Shown in pieces: positions 12,526 through 25,639 of a DNA stretch of 64,000 bases. Numbering within the stretch: the first letter of the stretch is position 1; every line of letters begins with the position of its first letter. The stretch is from Octopus sinensis (lineage: Eukaryota), in contig NC_043018.1 in NCBI RefSeq assembly GCF_006345805.1, positions 22,258,001 to 22,322,000 on the forward strand. The letters are read 5' to 3'. A model generated the notes under the pieces. That model had not been told where the DNA came from. It was given only the letters and a program-made list of their open reading frames with translations, and made no database searches. Made by a program: the position numbers and the translations under genes.

Positions 12526-12735
12526 TTGTGTGTGTGTTTGTCCCCCTAGCATTGCTTGACAACCGATGCTAGTGTGTTTATGTCCCCGTCACTTAGCGGT
12601 TCGGCAAAAGAGACCGATAGAATAAGTACTGGGCTTGCAAAGAATAAGTCCCGGGGTCGATTTGCTCGACTAAAGGCGGTGCTCCAGCATGGCCGCAGTC
12701 AAATGACTGAAACAAGTAAAAAAGAGTAAAAAGAG
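12315..12735 (+). mobile_element. SINE family A, young full-length copy
   Basis: Near-consensus head, core, (TA)n(TG)n and tail ending (aaaagagt)n. Confidence 0.93.
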
Positions 12736-12789
12736 GTGTGCTAACGACTCTCCCAGATCACCACCTCAGTGATGATAATAATATTGGTT

Positions 12790-12965
12790 TTAAACTTTGG
12801 AACAGGGCCGACAATTTTGGGGGAGGATGTAAAAAGATTATATCGACACCAGTACTCAAATGGTGCTTATTTTATCGACTCCAAAAGGATGAAAGGCAAA
12901 GTCAGCCTCAGCAGAATTTGAATTCAAAACATAAGGGTTGATGATTCTGCCAGCTCGCCGCCTTA
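12790..12965 (-). mobile_element. SINE family C, old copy
   Basis: ggatgaaaggcaaagtc...gaatttgaattcaa...gattctgccagctcgccgcctt. Confidence 0.65.
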
Positions 12966-12988
12966 AAGTACGCTGTAATTATTGATTG

Positions 12989-13367
12989 AAGGCGCAATGG
13001 CCCAGTGGTTAGGGCAGCGGACTCGCGGTCATAGGATCGCGGTTTCGATTCCCAGACCGGGCATTGTGAGTGTTTATTGAGCGAAAACTCCTAAAGCTCC
13101 ACGAGGCTCCGGCAGGGACGGTGGTGATCCCTGCTGTACTCTTTCACCACAACTTTCTCTCACTCTTACTTCCTGTTTCTGTTGTACCTGTATTTCAAAG
13201 GGTCGGCCTTGTCACTCTGTGTCACGCTGAATATCCCCGAGAACTACGTTAAGGGTACACGTGTCTGTGGAGTGCTCAGCCACTTACACGTTACTTTCAC
13301 GAGCAGGCTGTTCCGTTGATTCGGATCAACCGGAACCCTCATCGTCGTAACCGACGGAGTGCTTCCA
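12989..13367 (+). mobile_element. SINE family B, full length
   Basis: 12-bp TSD aattattgattg at 12977-12988 and 13368-13379. Confidence 0.93.
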
Positions 13368-13550
13368 AATTATTGATTGCCGATGTTTGCACAAGGCCAG
13401 CAATTTCGGAGGAGAGGCGGGAGTTGGTTGATTACATCAACCGGTTCTTATTTTATCGACTACGAAAGGATAAATGGTAATATTGACCTCGGCGGGATTT
13501 GAACTCAACGTAAAGACGGGCGAAATACCGTTACGTATATTGCCTTGCAT

Positions 13551-13938
13551 ACTCTTTTACTTGTTTCAGTCATTTGATTGTGGGCATACAGGAGCACCGC
13601 CTTTAGTCGAAAGCAAATCGACCCCAGGACTTATTCTTTGGAAGCCTAGTACTTATTCTATCGGTCATTTTTGTCGAACCGCTAAGTTACGGGGACGTAA
13701 ACACACCAACATCGGTTGTCAAGCGATGTTGGGGGACAAACACAGACACACAAGCATATACACACATACATATATATATATACGACGGGCTTCTTTCAGT
13801 TTTCGTCTACCAAATCTATTCACAAGGCTTTGGTCGGCCCGAAGCTATAGTAGAAGACACTTTCTCAAGGTGCCACGCAGTGGGAATGAACCCGGAACCA
13901 CGTGGTTGGTAAGCAAGCTACTCACCACACAGCCGCTC
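13551..13938 (-). mobile_element. SINE family A, within an old family C copy
   Basis: Full reverse-complement match. C-like sequence at 13385-13545 and a C head gctcgccgcctt at 13935-13946. Confidence 0.88.
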
Positions 13939-14574
13939 GCCGCCTTAGAGCTACGCTGTCATTATTATAACATGGACTACGACATGCGAGGCATGTCATA
14001 CGGCGCCAATAATACGGAGGCGTCCAATCAATTAGCTAAACCTACAAAGTGATATCTGGAGAAGTAAAGTATATTTTCGTGTATTCCGTAATTTGCAGTC
14101 ACATCTCTTATCTTGTTCGGCGGACTTTTCTGACTTTACGAAAATCTCATAATTGCCATTCTGTAAAACAAGATAATTCTCTATGTAACATTCCTGCTGA
14201 TAAAACGATCTTGTTTTGCAGCCATCTTTAACTTTCATTGCAAACTGTACACATACACACACACAATAATTCCTTTTATATTCTCCTTCACGAAGCTAAC
14301 TTGCCTCAATATATTCGTGCATACATTCACCGTGTGCGAAAACGTCACCGGAAACCTCAATCCGCAGAGTTGACACCATTTTCTCCACTATTTATGGTCC
14401 AACTGCGTGGCACCTTGAGCAAGTGTCTTCTACAATAGCCCCGGGGCCGACCACAGCCTTTTGACTCCATTTGATAGGCGGAAACAAAGGGAACCGTCGT
14501 ATATATCTATCTTTACCAGATATTTCATATCATGAATTGTAATGTTAATTAAACGGTTTATTTTTATAATTGTA

Positions 14575-14968
14575 CTAGCAGTATCGCCCGGCGTTGCTCG
14601 GGTTTGTAAGGGAAATAACTATATAAGCATTTTTAGAGATGTAAAGTATAATAGCCATCTCAATATGGCTAACCACAAAGGGGGGTGTTACTGCAGCTTT
14701 TTACGTTCTGAGATTTAATAATACATTTTTAGAGAGTTACTTCCCTTATCTATGCCAAAAATGCATTAAAAATGGGAAAAATTGATGGTAATTTTTTTTA
14801 AAATCGTAGACTCATCGTAGACGCGCGCTAATACCCAGAAGGTCTCGATATGAATCACGACTATAAGATACCCGGTTTTGGTTAAACTGCACCGCAAAAT
14901 GTGGGAGTAGTTAGGAATCTAAATCGTAGGAGACGGACAGCACACAACCTCTCTTTTATATATAAAGA
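14575..14968 (-). mobile_element. Non-autonomous Helitron
   Basis: The minus strand reads A|TC...cccgagcaacgccggg hairpin...CTAG|T, inserted between A and T with no TSD. Paralogues at 27583 and 59243. Confidence 0.88.
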
Positions 14969-16789
14969 TTTTATGGTTTTGAACGGTCTGGCGTTCTAGT
15001 GATTTTTCATTCTATCATTATTTGTTCGTGCCCGTCTGGGCTATGAAATTAAAAAAAAATATTTTTGTTGGTCGTAATTATTCATACCAGTACGTAATTC
15101 CTGGCGGGGAATCTAATTTTTATTTCAAGAAGGGTTCTTCGTTTTTATCTTTGGAATTAATTAGACTAAAACAATTTCTTGATTTTATATTAGATCTGTA
15201 CCAACTTGGATTGTGAATTAAAGATCATCTTCTACTGTATTTTTCCGTTCCTTATACTTCATTTATATATATATATGCATGTGTGTGCTCGTGCGCGCAT
15301 TTGATCCACCACTACTTGACAACCGGTGTTAGTGTTTGCGTTTCCGTTACATAGCGGTTCGGCAAAAGAGAGTACCAAGCTTGAAAAAAGTACCGGAGTT
15401 GATTCGTTCGACTAACATTATTCAAGCGGTGCCAATCTGACTGAAACTATGTAATAAAATCCTCAAAAAGCCTAAAGCGTCGCGAAATATAGCTACCCAG
15501 GGTTTCCTAGCCAAAATATTAATTTATATCGCCATTTATGAAGCTGGTAAAAACAACAAGACGGTTTAGTAAATGCGTGTTCGATGCAATCGATATTTGA
15601 GTCAGCATGCGCGTCTAGAAAAAGACAGAAATACAGGGGAGATAACTTCATAGTAAATATAATCAAACTCTTACGAATATAAAAAAATCATGCTGGCTAG
15701 CACTAGAATACTTCATGATGTCTAGTGGCTTATTCTCAATTTCCGCTAAGATATATTTTGTCAAGTGTGAACATGAAGAAAATATCTCGCTTTTTGTTTT
15801 TTATATACAGTCAATAGAGATTCTAAATTTTTGTTTTTACTTGCTAGATAAATTGCGAAATTAATATATCAGCGAGAAAACCCTCGGTATTTCATAAGGC
15901 TTTTTATGGTTTTTATAATATCTTTACTCTCTTAATCGACCGAGTGCTATACTATTTATTGAAATTCTACGAGAGAGAGAGAGAGAAAGTTTTATTGTAG
16001 TGCACACAAATATGCATTTGCATGTATGTCTTCGTGCATCATTATCAACGAATTAATCAACCAATCACAGATCGGTAATTAATCGAATTGCTACTCGTCT
16101 CTGTTGTTTCTTTTTATTCGTACAGACTTTCATTTCCGGTCTAATTTTTAATGGATGTTTTTCTCCGTCCATTTTCCATCCTAAAAGATGGCGTCCCTAC
16201 CATCTCCGAACAATTTCAACATTCCATACCTTCGCTGTTCTTAATAGCTTTTTTCAATTTCGTACTCCCAGACGTTCGGTACTTTTCGTTCGTCTCAGAG
16301 CATTAAAGACTGATATTTCGGTACGTTTTTTAAGCGGCCATGTTAACAACCAGCGCAATATAAAACTCTAATGTCACAATTCATAATGCTCTTTCTTTAA
16401 TTTAATCATGAAAGGATGTGTTTTTGCTTTGTTGTCTCAACAGTTATTTTTTCGTGTTTTTTTTGCTTTTTTTTTTGTTTTCCATCTCCATTCTGCATCA
16501 CACTTCGTTTTTCTCTCTAATTGACCAACTTTTTTATGCTATTCACATTCTGTGTTTGTTTACATTGTGTCAATGTTTTCGCTTATTTCGGTATTTTCGT
16601 CTTTTTCTTCGTTTCTACCGCTTAACATTAATCTAATAAACTGTCTGTCTGTCTGTCTTTATGTCTGTGTGTCTGTCTCTCTGTGTCTGTCTGTCTGTCC
16701 GTCTCTGTGCCTCTTTGTATCTGTAAATCTGTGTGTTTCTTTGTCGTGTCTGTTTGTCTGTCTGTCTCTCTGTGTGCCTCTCTCTCTCT

Positions 16790-17196
16790 CTCTCTCTCTG
16801 CACTTCTGTATCTGCATCACTGTACACCTGTCTGTCTCTCCGTACCTTTGTGTGTGTCTGTCTATCTCTCTGTGTACTGGTCTCTCACTCTCTCTACCTG
16901 TCTTTCTGTCTACCTCTCTCTCTCTCTCTCTCTCTCTGCACTTCTGTATCTGCATCACTCTGTACACCTGTCTGTCTCTCCGTACCTCTGTGTGTGTCTG
17001 TCTATCTCTCTGTGTACTGGTCTCTCACTCTCTCTACCTCTGTCTTTCTGTCTACCTCTCTCTCTCTCTCTCTCTGCACTTCTGTATCTGCATCACTCTG
17101 TACACCTGTCTGTCTCTCCGTACCTTTGTGTGTGTCTGTCTATCTCTCTGTGTACTGGTCTCTCACTCTCTCTACCTGTCTTTCTGTCTACCTCTC
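16790..17196. repeat. 138-bp CT-rich tandem repeat, about 3 copies
   Basis: gcacttctgtatctgcatcact at 16800, 16938 and 17076. Confidence 0.9.
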
Positions 17197-17589
17197 TTTC
17201 TGTTCTTGTCATTCTGCTTGTATGTATATAAAGCGTGGGAAACATCCATTCCTTGACAACCGATGTTACAGAAATTTTGAGGAATTGGGGATAAGCAAAA
17301 ATAATCGAATTCGATTTCGAACACTCGCGCGGGTAAATCAAGCTACCAAATATTAGGGGCAGACAAAGCAACGACAATATTTCGAAACTAAACTCGTAAT
17401 TCCACAAAAATAGCAAAAACAAAAACCATTCAGCGAGTTCCTTCTTACAACCAAACGACCGTTTATGCAATAAATCGCATCATTTATCAAGTATCTTGAA
17501 ATCAAAGTTAATTACAGGCAATTTATCAGTTTTGTTAATGTCAGTATGTTTGATGGACATAAGAGATGGCAACCAAGAAGAAAACACAT

Positions 17590-18050
17590 CGTTTATCTTT
17601 TATTCGTTTCAGTCATTAGACTGCGGCCATGCTGGAGCACCACATTGAGGGATTCTAGGTGAACGAATCGCCCCCAGCACTTCTTTTTTGTTTCCAAAGC
17701 CTGGCACTTATTGGTATCCTTCGTCAAAGGTGGCGAGCTGGCAGAAACGTTAGCACACCGGACGAAATGCTTAGCGGTATTTCGTCTGCCGTTACGTTCA
17801 GAGTTCAAATTCCACCAAGGTCGACTTTGCCTTTCATCCTTTCGGGGTCGATAAATTAAGTACCAGTTACGCACTGGGGTCGATATAATCGACTTAATCC
17901 GTGTGTCTGTCCTTGTTTGTCCCCTGTGTGTTTAGCCCCTTGTGGGTAGTAGAGAAATAGGTTTCCTTCGTCAAACTGCTTATGTTATGGAAACGTAAAC
18001 AAACCAACGCCGGTTGTCAAGCAGTGACAGGCGACAAAGACATCTATCTA
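17590..18050 (-). mobile_element. Old SINE family A tail split by a family C insertion
   Basis: gtttcagtcattagactgcggccatgctggagcacc on the left, cgtaaacaaaccaacgccggttgtcaagc on the right. Confidence 0.7.
17727..17962 (+). mobile_element. SINE family C, short form
   Basis: TSD tccttcgtcaaa at 17717-17728 and 17964-17975. Confidence 0.92.
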
Positions 18051-18063
18051 TCAACCTATATGT

Positions 18064-18104
<41 letters not shown>

Positions 18105-18299
18105 TGTCTGTCACCTCTGACTGACCAGGGGTGATTCGTTTGTGTCATAAGCGTTTCGATAAAGAGAAACCGCTAAAATAAATACACAGAATTATATAAA
18201 AAAAAAATATCTGGGGCAGTTTTCATCGATAAAACTCTTCAAAGGGTTGCTCCAATATGGCCGTAATGCTATGACAAACAAGTAAAAGAAGACGCGCGT

Positions 18300-18340
<41 letters not shown>

Positions 18341-18764
18341 ACACACACACACACAGTTTTATTATCGCAACAAGTTGTAGTTGCAGAATAAAATATAACA
18401 TGAAAGCGACTCGATCTCTTTTTAATCAAAGAGGATCAAAGACCATTTCACACACACACACACACACACACCACTTTATCTTGAGTAAATTTATGTTTTT
18501 CTCAGTCTTTTTGTTTCTCTCTCTCTCTCTCTCTCTCCTTTGCCCGCCTCTCTTTCACCCCCCTCTCTCTCTCTGTGTTTCTCTTTCTCTCTCACGCAAA
18601 CACACAATCGCGTGCACTCTTTCACGTTCAACAAACAAATTTCCTAATCACTTGTTTATTAAAATAGGCAAGGCAGAAAGAGATAGCCCAGCCGTATCAT
18701 CACACGTTCTCTTATGTACACAGAAAATTTGTATAACGTGTGTGTGTCTGTGCATGCGCATGTA

Positions 18765-18826
<62 letters not shown>

Positions 18827-19414
18827 AGAGAGAGAGAGAGAGAGAGAGGGAGGTATGTGTGTGTGTGTGTGTCTGTGATAATTTCCCTGTCTCTTCCCAC
18901 CTGACATTAATGTTTACGGGTGAGAAACCGTGATGTTCATACTCACCCTTCATTATCAGATAAATCTGTGTATGGGGGGTGATAATGTCTTCCCACCTGA
19001 GATTAATGCTTTCAGGTGAGAAGCTGTGATCTTCAAACCCCACCACCACCGCCACCACCGCCACCACCACCACCACCGTGTGTGTGTGTGTGTGTGTGTG
19101 TATCTGTTTGTCCCCCCAACATCGTATACAGACACACAGATCATAGCAAACGCAATTCGTCTGTCATGGATGCCGGAAATCATGTGATTTCGTTCTGGAA
19201 GTTTTATTTGTCCATCTATCTTCTGGAATTCATCGGCGGGACGCACCGGGTAACCGGATGCCAGTCAAATCTCGCTGCCAGGATATACAGAATTTCAGCA
19301 TCCTTTCAGACGCTGATGCTGCAAATAGCCAGAAGGCTTATTTCAAACTAATTATTAGCGATGGAAGCAGTATTAAAACGAAAAGGTAATCTTTATATCT
19401 GATTAAACATGGAT

Positions 19415-19610
19415 GCTTTCTTAGAACACCGAATACTCGAGCTCAAATCATCCAGAAGATTCAACCGGCATTTAGCAAAGATTTCATGGGCAAAACTCAG
19501 ATCAAAGAGTGGTACAAACCACTTCAAACATGGCCGCACCTCAGTGGAGAGCGAGGCACGCTTAGGCAGGCCATCTGCAAGCCAAAGCGTCGAGTACATT
19601 GTCTTTTCCC
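19415..19610 (+). pseudogene. Mariner transposase N-terminal HTH relic, copy 1
   Basis: With one frameshift it reads QIIQKIQPAFSKDFMGKTQIKEWYK / FKHGRTSVESEARLGRPSASQS, matching the mariner motif W(Y/F)xRFKxGRxSVExxxRxGRP. Confidence 0.82.
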
Positions 19611-19976
19611 TGCATTACAAACCACTTATACCCCCGTAAAAACCATCAACACTACATCGGAAGAACACGAATTTGGAGATAGGAAGGACCAGTGAAAAAG
19701 TGGCGGGATACGTTTTAAAATCTCGAATTTGTTCCATAATTTTTACTTGCGATTTAAAAGTACCTCAAGATCGAAACCAAAACCTCTTTGCTGCAACCAG
19801 GTTTTTTAATTATTCCGCAGTTTATGAGTACGTTTTATATAGAATAAGCAGATTTTTTTGTATGGAGACGCTCATACTTGTGTTTGTGCTATACAATTGT
19901 AATATATGTGTGTGTTTGTGCGTGTATATATATATATATATGTGTATATATATATATATAATATATATATATATAT

Positions 19977-20007
<31 letters not shown>

Positions 20008-20591
20008 GAGAGAGGGAGGTATGTGTGTGTGTGTGTGTGTCTGTGATAATTTCCCTGTCTCTTCCCACCTGACATTAATGTTTACGGGTGAGAAACCGTG
20101 ATGTTCATACTCACCCTTCATTATCAGATAAATCTGTGTATGGGGGGTGATAATGTCTTCCCACCTGAGATTAATGCTTTCAGGTGAGAAGCTGTGATCT
20201 TCAAACCCCACCACCACCGCCACCACCGCCACCACCGCCACCACCACCACCACCGTGTGTGTGTGTGTGTGTGTGTGTATCTGTTTGTCCCCCCAACATC
20301 GTATACAGACACACAGATCATAGCAAACGCAATTCGTCTGTCATGGATGCCGGAAATCATGTGATTTCGTTCTGGAAGTTTTATTTGTCCATCTATCTTC
20401 TGGAATTCATCGGCGGGACGCACCGGGTAACCGGATGCCAGTCAAATCTCGCTGCCAGGATATACAGAATTTCAGCATCCTTTCAGACGCTGATGCTGCA
20501 AATAGCCAGAAGGCTTATTTCAAACTAATTATTAGCGATGGAAGCAGTATTAAAACGAAAAGGTAATCTTTATATCTGATTAAACATGGAT

Positions 20592-20787
20592 GCTTTCTTA
20601 GAACACCGAATACTCGAGCTCAAATCATCCAGAAGATTCAACCGGCATTTAGCAAAGATTTCATGGGCAAAACTCAGATCAAAGAGTGGTACAAACCACT
20701 TCAAACATGGCCGCACCTCAGTGGAGAGCGAGGCACGCTTAGGCAGGCCATCTGCAAGCCAAAGCGTCGAGTACATTGTCTTTTCCC
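20592..20787 (+). pseudogene. Mariner transposase N-terminal HTH relic, copy 2 (duplicated)
   Basis: Same sequence and same frameshift as copy 1. Confidence 0.82.
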
Positions 20788-22196
20788 TGCATTACAAACC
20801 ACTTATACCCCCGTAAAAACCATCAACACTACATCGGAAGAACACGAATTTGGAGATAGGAAGGACCAGTGAAAAAGTGGCGGGATACGTTTTAAAATCT
20901 CGAATTTGTTCCATAATTTTTACTTGCGATTTAAAAGTACCTCAAGATCGAAACCAAAACCTCTTTGCTGCAACCAGGTTTTTTAATTATTCCGCAGTTT
21001 TATGAGTACGTTTTATATAGATATAAGCAGATTTTTTTGTATGGAGACGCTCATACTTGTGTTTGTGCTATACAATTGTAATATATGTGTGTGTTTGTGC
21101 GTGTATATATATATATAATATATATATATATAATATATATATATATATATACACACACACATACGTTATATCTATACGTATGTCATTCTCCCTCTCTCGT
21201 CAATACATCTCCGTAAGACTCTCACATAAAAATTTGTCTGCATCACAATTAATTCTTTATTTCAGACATACTGTGCAGTAAAAAAAAAAAAAGCCGCCGC
21301 TTCACTGTTTACTTACATTTACAATCAGACGACCTCTAGTTTATGGTACGTTTTTGTCTTGGAACCGTTTAAAAAGTAATATTCGATAGACACTGTAATT
21401 TTATTACCGTATACACCAACATTTATTACAGAACAATTCCTCTCAAACATGTACTTTCGCTTTAGATCTACGTTTCCTTTTATGAAGAACACGCTCCTAA
21501 TTTGGTCGTATTACGTTGCTAACTTTCTACTTGATCTTTTAAGTATTTTTCCGACTTTCGTTTTCATTCTGAAGAATAATTTTGTAATCGCTAACGCCCA
21601 CAAGAACGAGAATATATTTTTGTTTCCTTTTTTTTGTTTTTTTTCATTTGCATCTGAAATGTCACCCGGAGCTTCTCGTGGTTTTCAAAAGAAAAGTTAG
21701 TTTATTATTAGAAGCCAAGAGATCATGATAATTAGAATAATTGTTTTAAGATTATGGACTCGTATGTATGTATTTAATTATGTATGTATGTATTTAATTA
21801 TGTATGTATGTATGTAATTATGTATGTATGTATGTATGTATGTATGTATGTATGTGTGTGTGGGGAGTGAAAGAGTGATTATCAAGTACTTTTTAATGAA
21901 ACTTATACAATATCATTGGTTCAAAGGAGATCAATAATATTTTGTTTTTGTCTCTCTAAAGACTTCTTGTATTTGCTGATAAATAAAATATCAAACTCCA
22001 AACTTATTATCGAACAAAGATCAATACTCAGCAGAAATACTTTCGTAATTTTGCTTCTTGATCTATTCTTAATTGAATTTTAGTTGAGTCACTGGAAATC
22101 ATTAAGGATCAGTTTGACAAATCTTCATAACCTGATGTCGTGTTTAGAAAATCTTATCGAACGATATAGAGATCTTCCTCGAATCATATAGACTCG

Positions 22197-22425
22197 TAGG
22201 GCCGGCTTCCCGGGTTTCGTAGCCTAAATATTTAACCTCACTCCTCCTTGGACTGAACGTCTGTCCACCTCAGGGTTACTCATTTTTTGCCACCTGAGAG
22301 AACTGGAACAACGTAAAATGAAGTGTTTTGCTCAAGAACACAACGCGTAGCCCGGTCTAGGAATCGAAAACACAATCTTACAACCACGAGTCGAACGCCT
22401 TAACCACTAAGCCACGTGTCTCCAC
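22197..22425 (-). mobile_element. SINE family F, diverged
   Basis: The reverse complement matches 28001-28250 (gttgtgttcttgagcaaaacacttc...ggcaaaaatgagtaac). Confidence 0.8.
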
Positions 22426-22739
22426 TATTGAACAACACAAATTACAGGAAAATATAATGGGCGAAAAATCGCTGAATTTTATGTGTGTGTGTGTGTGTTT
22501 ACATGTGCATATGTAGATGTATTGCAGCAGAAAACAAAAATATTACTGGTTTCAATTGACACAAGGCCCGCAATTTTAGCGGGAGGAGGAGATCGATTCA
22601 GTCGACCACAGAATTTGGCCAATAATTTGTAGAAATTGAGTTGGTGCTCTTTTACAACATAGAACTATAAAACCGGTGGAATGGTGTTGGGATTTAAAGT
22701 ATATCGAACTGCTATTGTATTCTTTTAAGTAACAACATA

Positions 22740-23131
22740 TTGGAAGCACTCCTCCTCGATTACGACGACGAGGGTTCCGGTTGATCCGAATCAACGGAAC
22801 AGCCTGCTCGTGAAATTACGTGCAAGTGGCTGAGCACTCCACAGACACGTGTACCCTTAACGTAGTTCTCGGGGATATTCAGCGTGACACAGAGAGTGAC
22901 AAGGCCGGCCTTTGAAATACAGGTACAGACAACATAAATAGGAAGTAAGAGTGAGAGAAAGTTGTGGTGAAAGAGTACAGCAGGGATCACCACCATCCCC
23001 TGCCGGAGCCTCGTGGAGCTTTTAGGTGTTTTCGCTCAATAAACACTCACAACGCCTGGTCTGGGAATCGAAACCGCGATCCTACGACCGCGAGTCCGCT
23101 GCCCTAACCACTGGGCCATTGCGCCTCCACC
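22740..23131 (-). mobile_element. SINE family B, full length
   Basis: Imperfect TSD aagtaac(a)acata at 22727-22739 and 23132-23143. Confidence 0.93.
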
Positions 23132-23456
23132 AAGTAACACATACTACCGTTTAGATCTCTTGAACATATTAGGTTCTTACATTGTGAAAGACAATGATTC
23201 AACAGATGATCCATCATCCTTTTTTCCTTAGTAAAATTCCTCTTTTGTTTGGTTTGGAGATTATATTTTTCAATAAAGATCCTTACAAACAAATTTTCTT
23301 TCGTATGACAGAAATAGGAAAAGAGGCAAAACGTTGATTTATTATAAAAATAATCATTTGGTAATACGCCATTTTCTACGATTCTGAAAAAGCCTGCCGG
23401 TGAGCAAGCTAGTTCCAAAAATGATTATATTAAACACACCAGGATATAAGAACCTA

Positions 23457-23847
23457 TGGTGGAGGCGCAATGGTCCAGTGGTTAGGGCAACGGACACGCG
23501 GTCATAGGATTGCGATTTCGATTCCCAGACCGGGCGTTGTGAGTGTTTATTGAGCGAAAACACCTAAAAGCTCCACGAAGCTCCGGCAGGGGATGGTGGT
23601 GATCCCTGCTGTACTCTTTCACCACAACTTTCTCTCACTCTTACTTCCTGTTTCTGTTGTACCTGTATTTCAAAGGGCCGGCCTTGTCACTCTCTGTGTC
23701 ACGCTGAATATCCCCGAGAACTACGTTAAGGGTGCACGTGTCTGTGGAGTGCTCAGCCACTTACACGTTAATTTCACGAGCAGGCTGTTCCATTGATTCG
23801 GATCAACCGGAACCCTCATCGTCGTAACCGACGGAGTGCTTCCATCC
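23457..23847 (+). mobile_element. SINE family B, full length
   Basis: TSD ataagaacctatggt at 23446-23460 and 23848-23862. Confidence 0.93.
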
Positions 23848-25222
23848 ATAAGAACCTATGGTTAATGGGTTTCAAATCTTCATTAATACAGGGAAACCTG
23901 ACAGAATCGATAGAGCGCTGAATAAAGAAAAAAAACGTTTTGCAATATTTCTGCCGGCTCTTTACGTGCCGAGTTCAAATCCTGCCGCGATCAACTTTAT
24001 TTACGAAAAGCAAAGTACCAGTCAAGCACTGGGGGGTGATGGCACTGGCTTAGCTCCTCTCCTCAAAATCGCTGGTTAAATTACAAACCATTGATAGAAG
24101 AAATGCCGAAGAATGTTCCTTTTGTTACGCTTAACTGTGTAAACCAAAGCCAACCAGAGGATCTCTACAGTTATTCACACTGTTAGAAATAGCAGTCAAA
24201 TGTCCTTCAGCTCACACCTTATCGTTTCAAAAAACACATCGGATAAGGTAGTTTCGAGTTCGTTATTTCTAGTGGCGGAACAAGCATAACCATGTTTGAT
24301 GTTTTCGATCAAAGTTCTGTTTGACTCGAGCCGACTTGAAGCCGTGCTGTTACTACTACTACTGCTGCTGCTACTACTACTACTGCTACTGCTACTGCTA
24401 CAAATCGTAATATCATAATTCCCAATAAACTTCGTTCAAGCGTAGCCTTGCTCTATTTGTCCTCTACCCACGTATAATCCATACGCATAATCCGGCGCCT
24501 CCACCATCATCTCCGAAAGACATCATCGTCACGCACCCACATCCAACCACTTCTCTTTCTCTCCTCCATACATCCGCGTACGTGACTCAATCATCCTCTT
24601 GCGTTATTGTCAATGACGCCCTAACCATGTAGGTTTTATTAACCTATCATTATTAAGGTATTATTATTATTATTATTGTTATAAACGTTGCTGTAGATCA
24701 GTAGCTCAAGGGGTTTGTTTGCTTATTGTTCCTTAAGTATATCGTGCACATTTTTTTTTTTTTCGACTATCATTTTTCCACATCCTGGCTCAATTTCTCC
24801 TCAGAAGACATTACATTATTGCACATTCGCTTCTTCCTTGATTCTGAGGGAACGCTATTCATAAACCAACCAATTGTTAAGAATTAATAGACATTAGCCG
24901 TGCCGGAGTTTTAATGTTATAAAATTAGATGAACGGGTTTAGGAAGTTATATAGAAATATAGAAAGTAAAACACACACACACACACACACACACATACAA
25001 AAAAAAAAAAAATTATTGCATCATTTAATGCAACCAACAAGGTTATATTTACCGTGGGGAGATAATAAAAGATGACTTTTACAATATGGAAACCATTTTT
25101 CTAAGAGAAAGATCTACAGTGGTTTACATAAATATAGAGCAGAAAATAGCTGTAGTTCATGTAAAACTTATGTAATATGAAAAGCTGATTGTTCTATCTT
25201 TGCACGGAGTGTAAAAGATATG

Positions 25223-25639
25223 CATTTCTTTACTGCCCACAAGGGGCTAAACATAGAGGGGACAAACAAGGACAGACAAAGGAATTAAGTCGATTACATC
25301 GACTCCAGTGGGAAACTGGTACTTTATTTATCGACCCCGAAAGGATGAAAGGCAAAGTCGAGCTCGGCGGAATTTGAACTCAGAACGTAACGACAGACGA
25401 AATACGTATTTCTTTATTACCCACAAGGGGCTAAACATAGAGGGGACAAACAAGGACAGACAAACGGATTAAGTCGATTACAGCGACTCCAGTGGGAAAC
25501 TGGTACTTTATTTATCGACCCCGAAAGGATGAAAGGCAAAGTCGACCTCGGCGGAATTTGAACTCAGAACGTAACGACAGACGAAATACGGCTATGCATT
25601 TCGCCCGGCGTGCTAACGTTTCTGCCAGCTCGCCGCCCT
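25223..25639 (-). mobile_element. SINE family C dimer (head-body-tail-body-tail)
   Basis: Two 184-bp units inside one 17-bp TSD, ggagtgtaaaagatatg (25206-25222 and 25640-25656). Confidence 0.93.

Larger units (their letters stand above)
18825..21105. repeat. Near-identical tandem duplication, period about 1177 bp
   Basis: Identical ORFs in the track are offset by 1177 (19393/20570, 19486/20663). Both units are bounded by (TA)n. Confidence 0.93.

Noticed and set aside
19409-19695. Functional mariner transposase
   Set aside because: Only the HTH region remains, with a frameshift. There is no DDD catalytic domain and no clear TIR pair.
18893-20203. CRISPR-like array of palindromic repeats
   Set aside because: Only two diverged units, doubled by a segmental duplication with identical spacers. 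Eukaryotic context and no cas genes.
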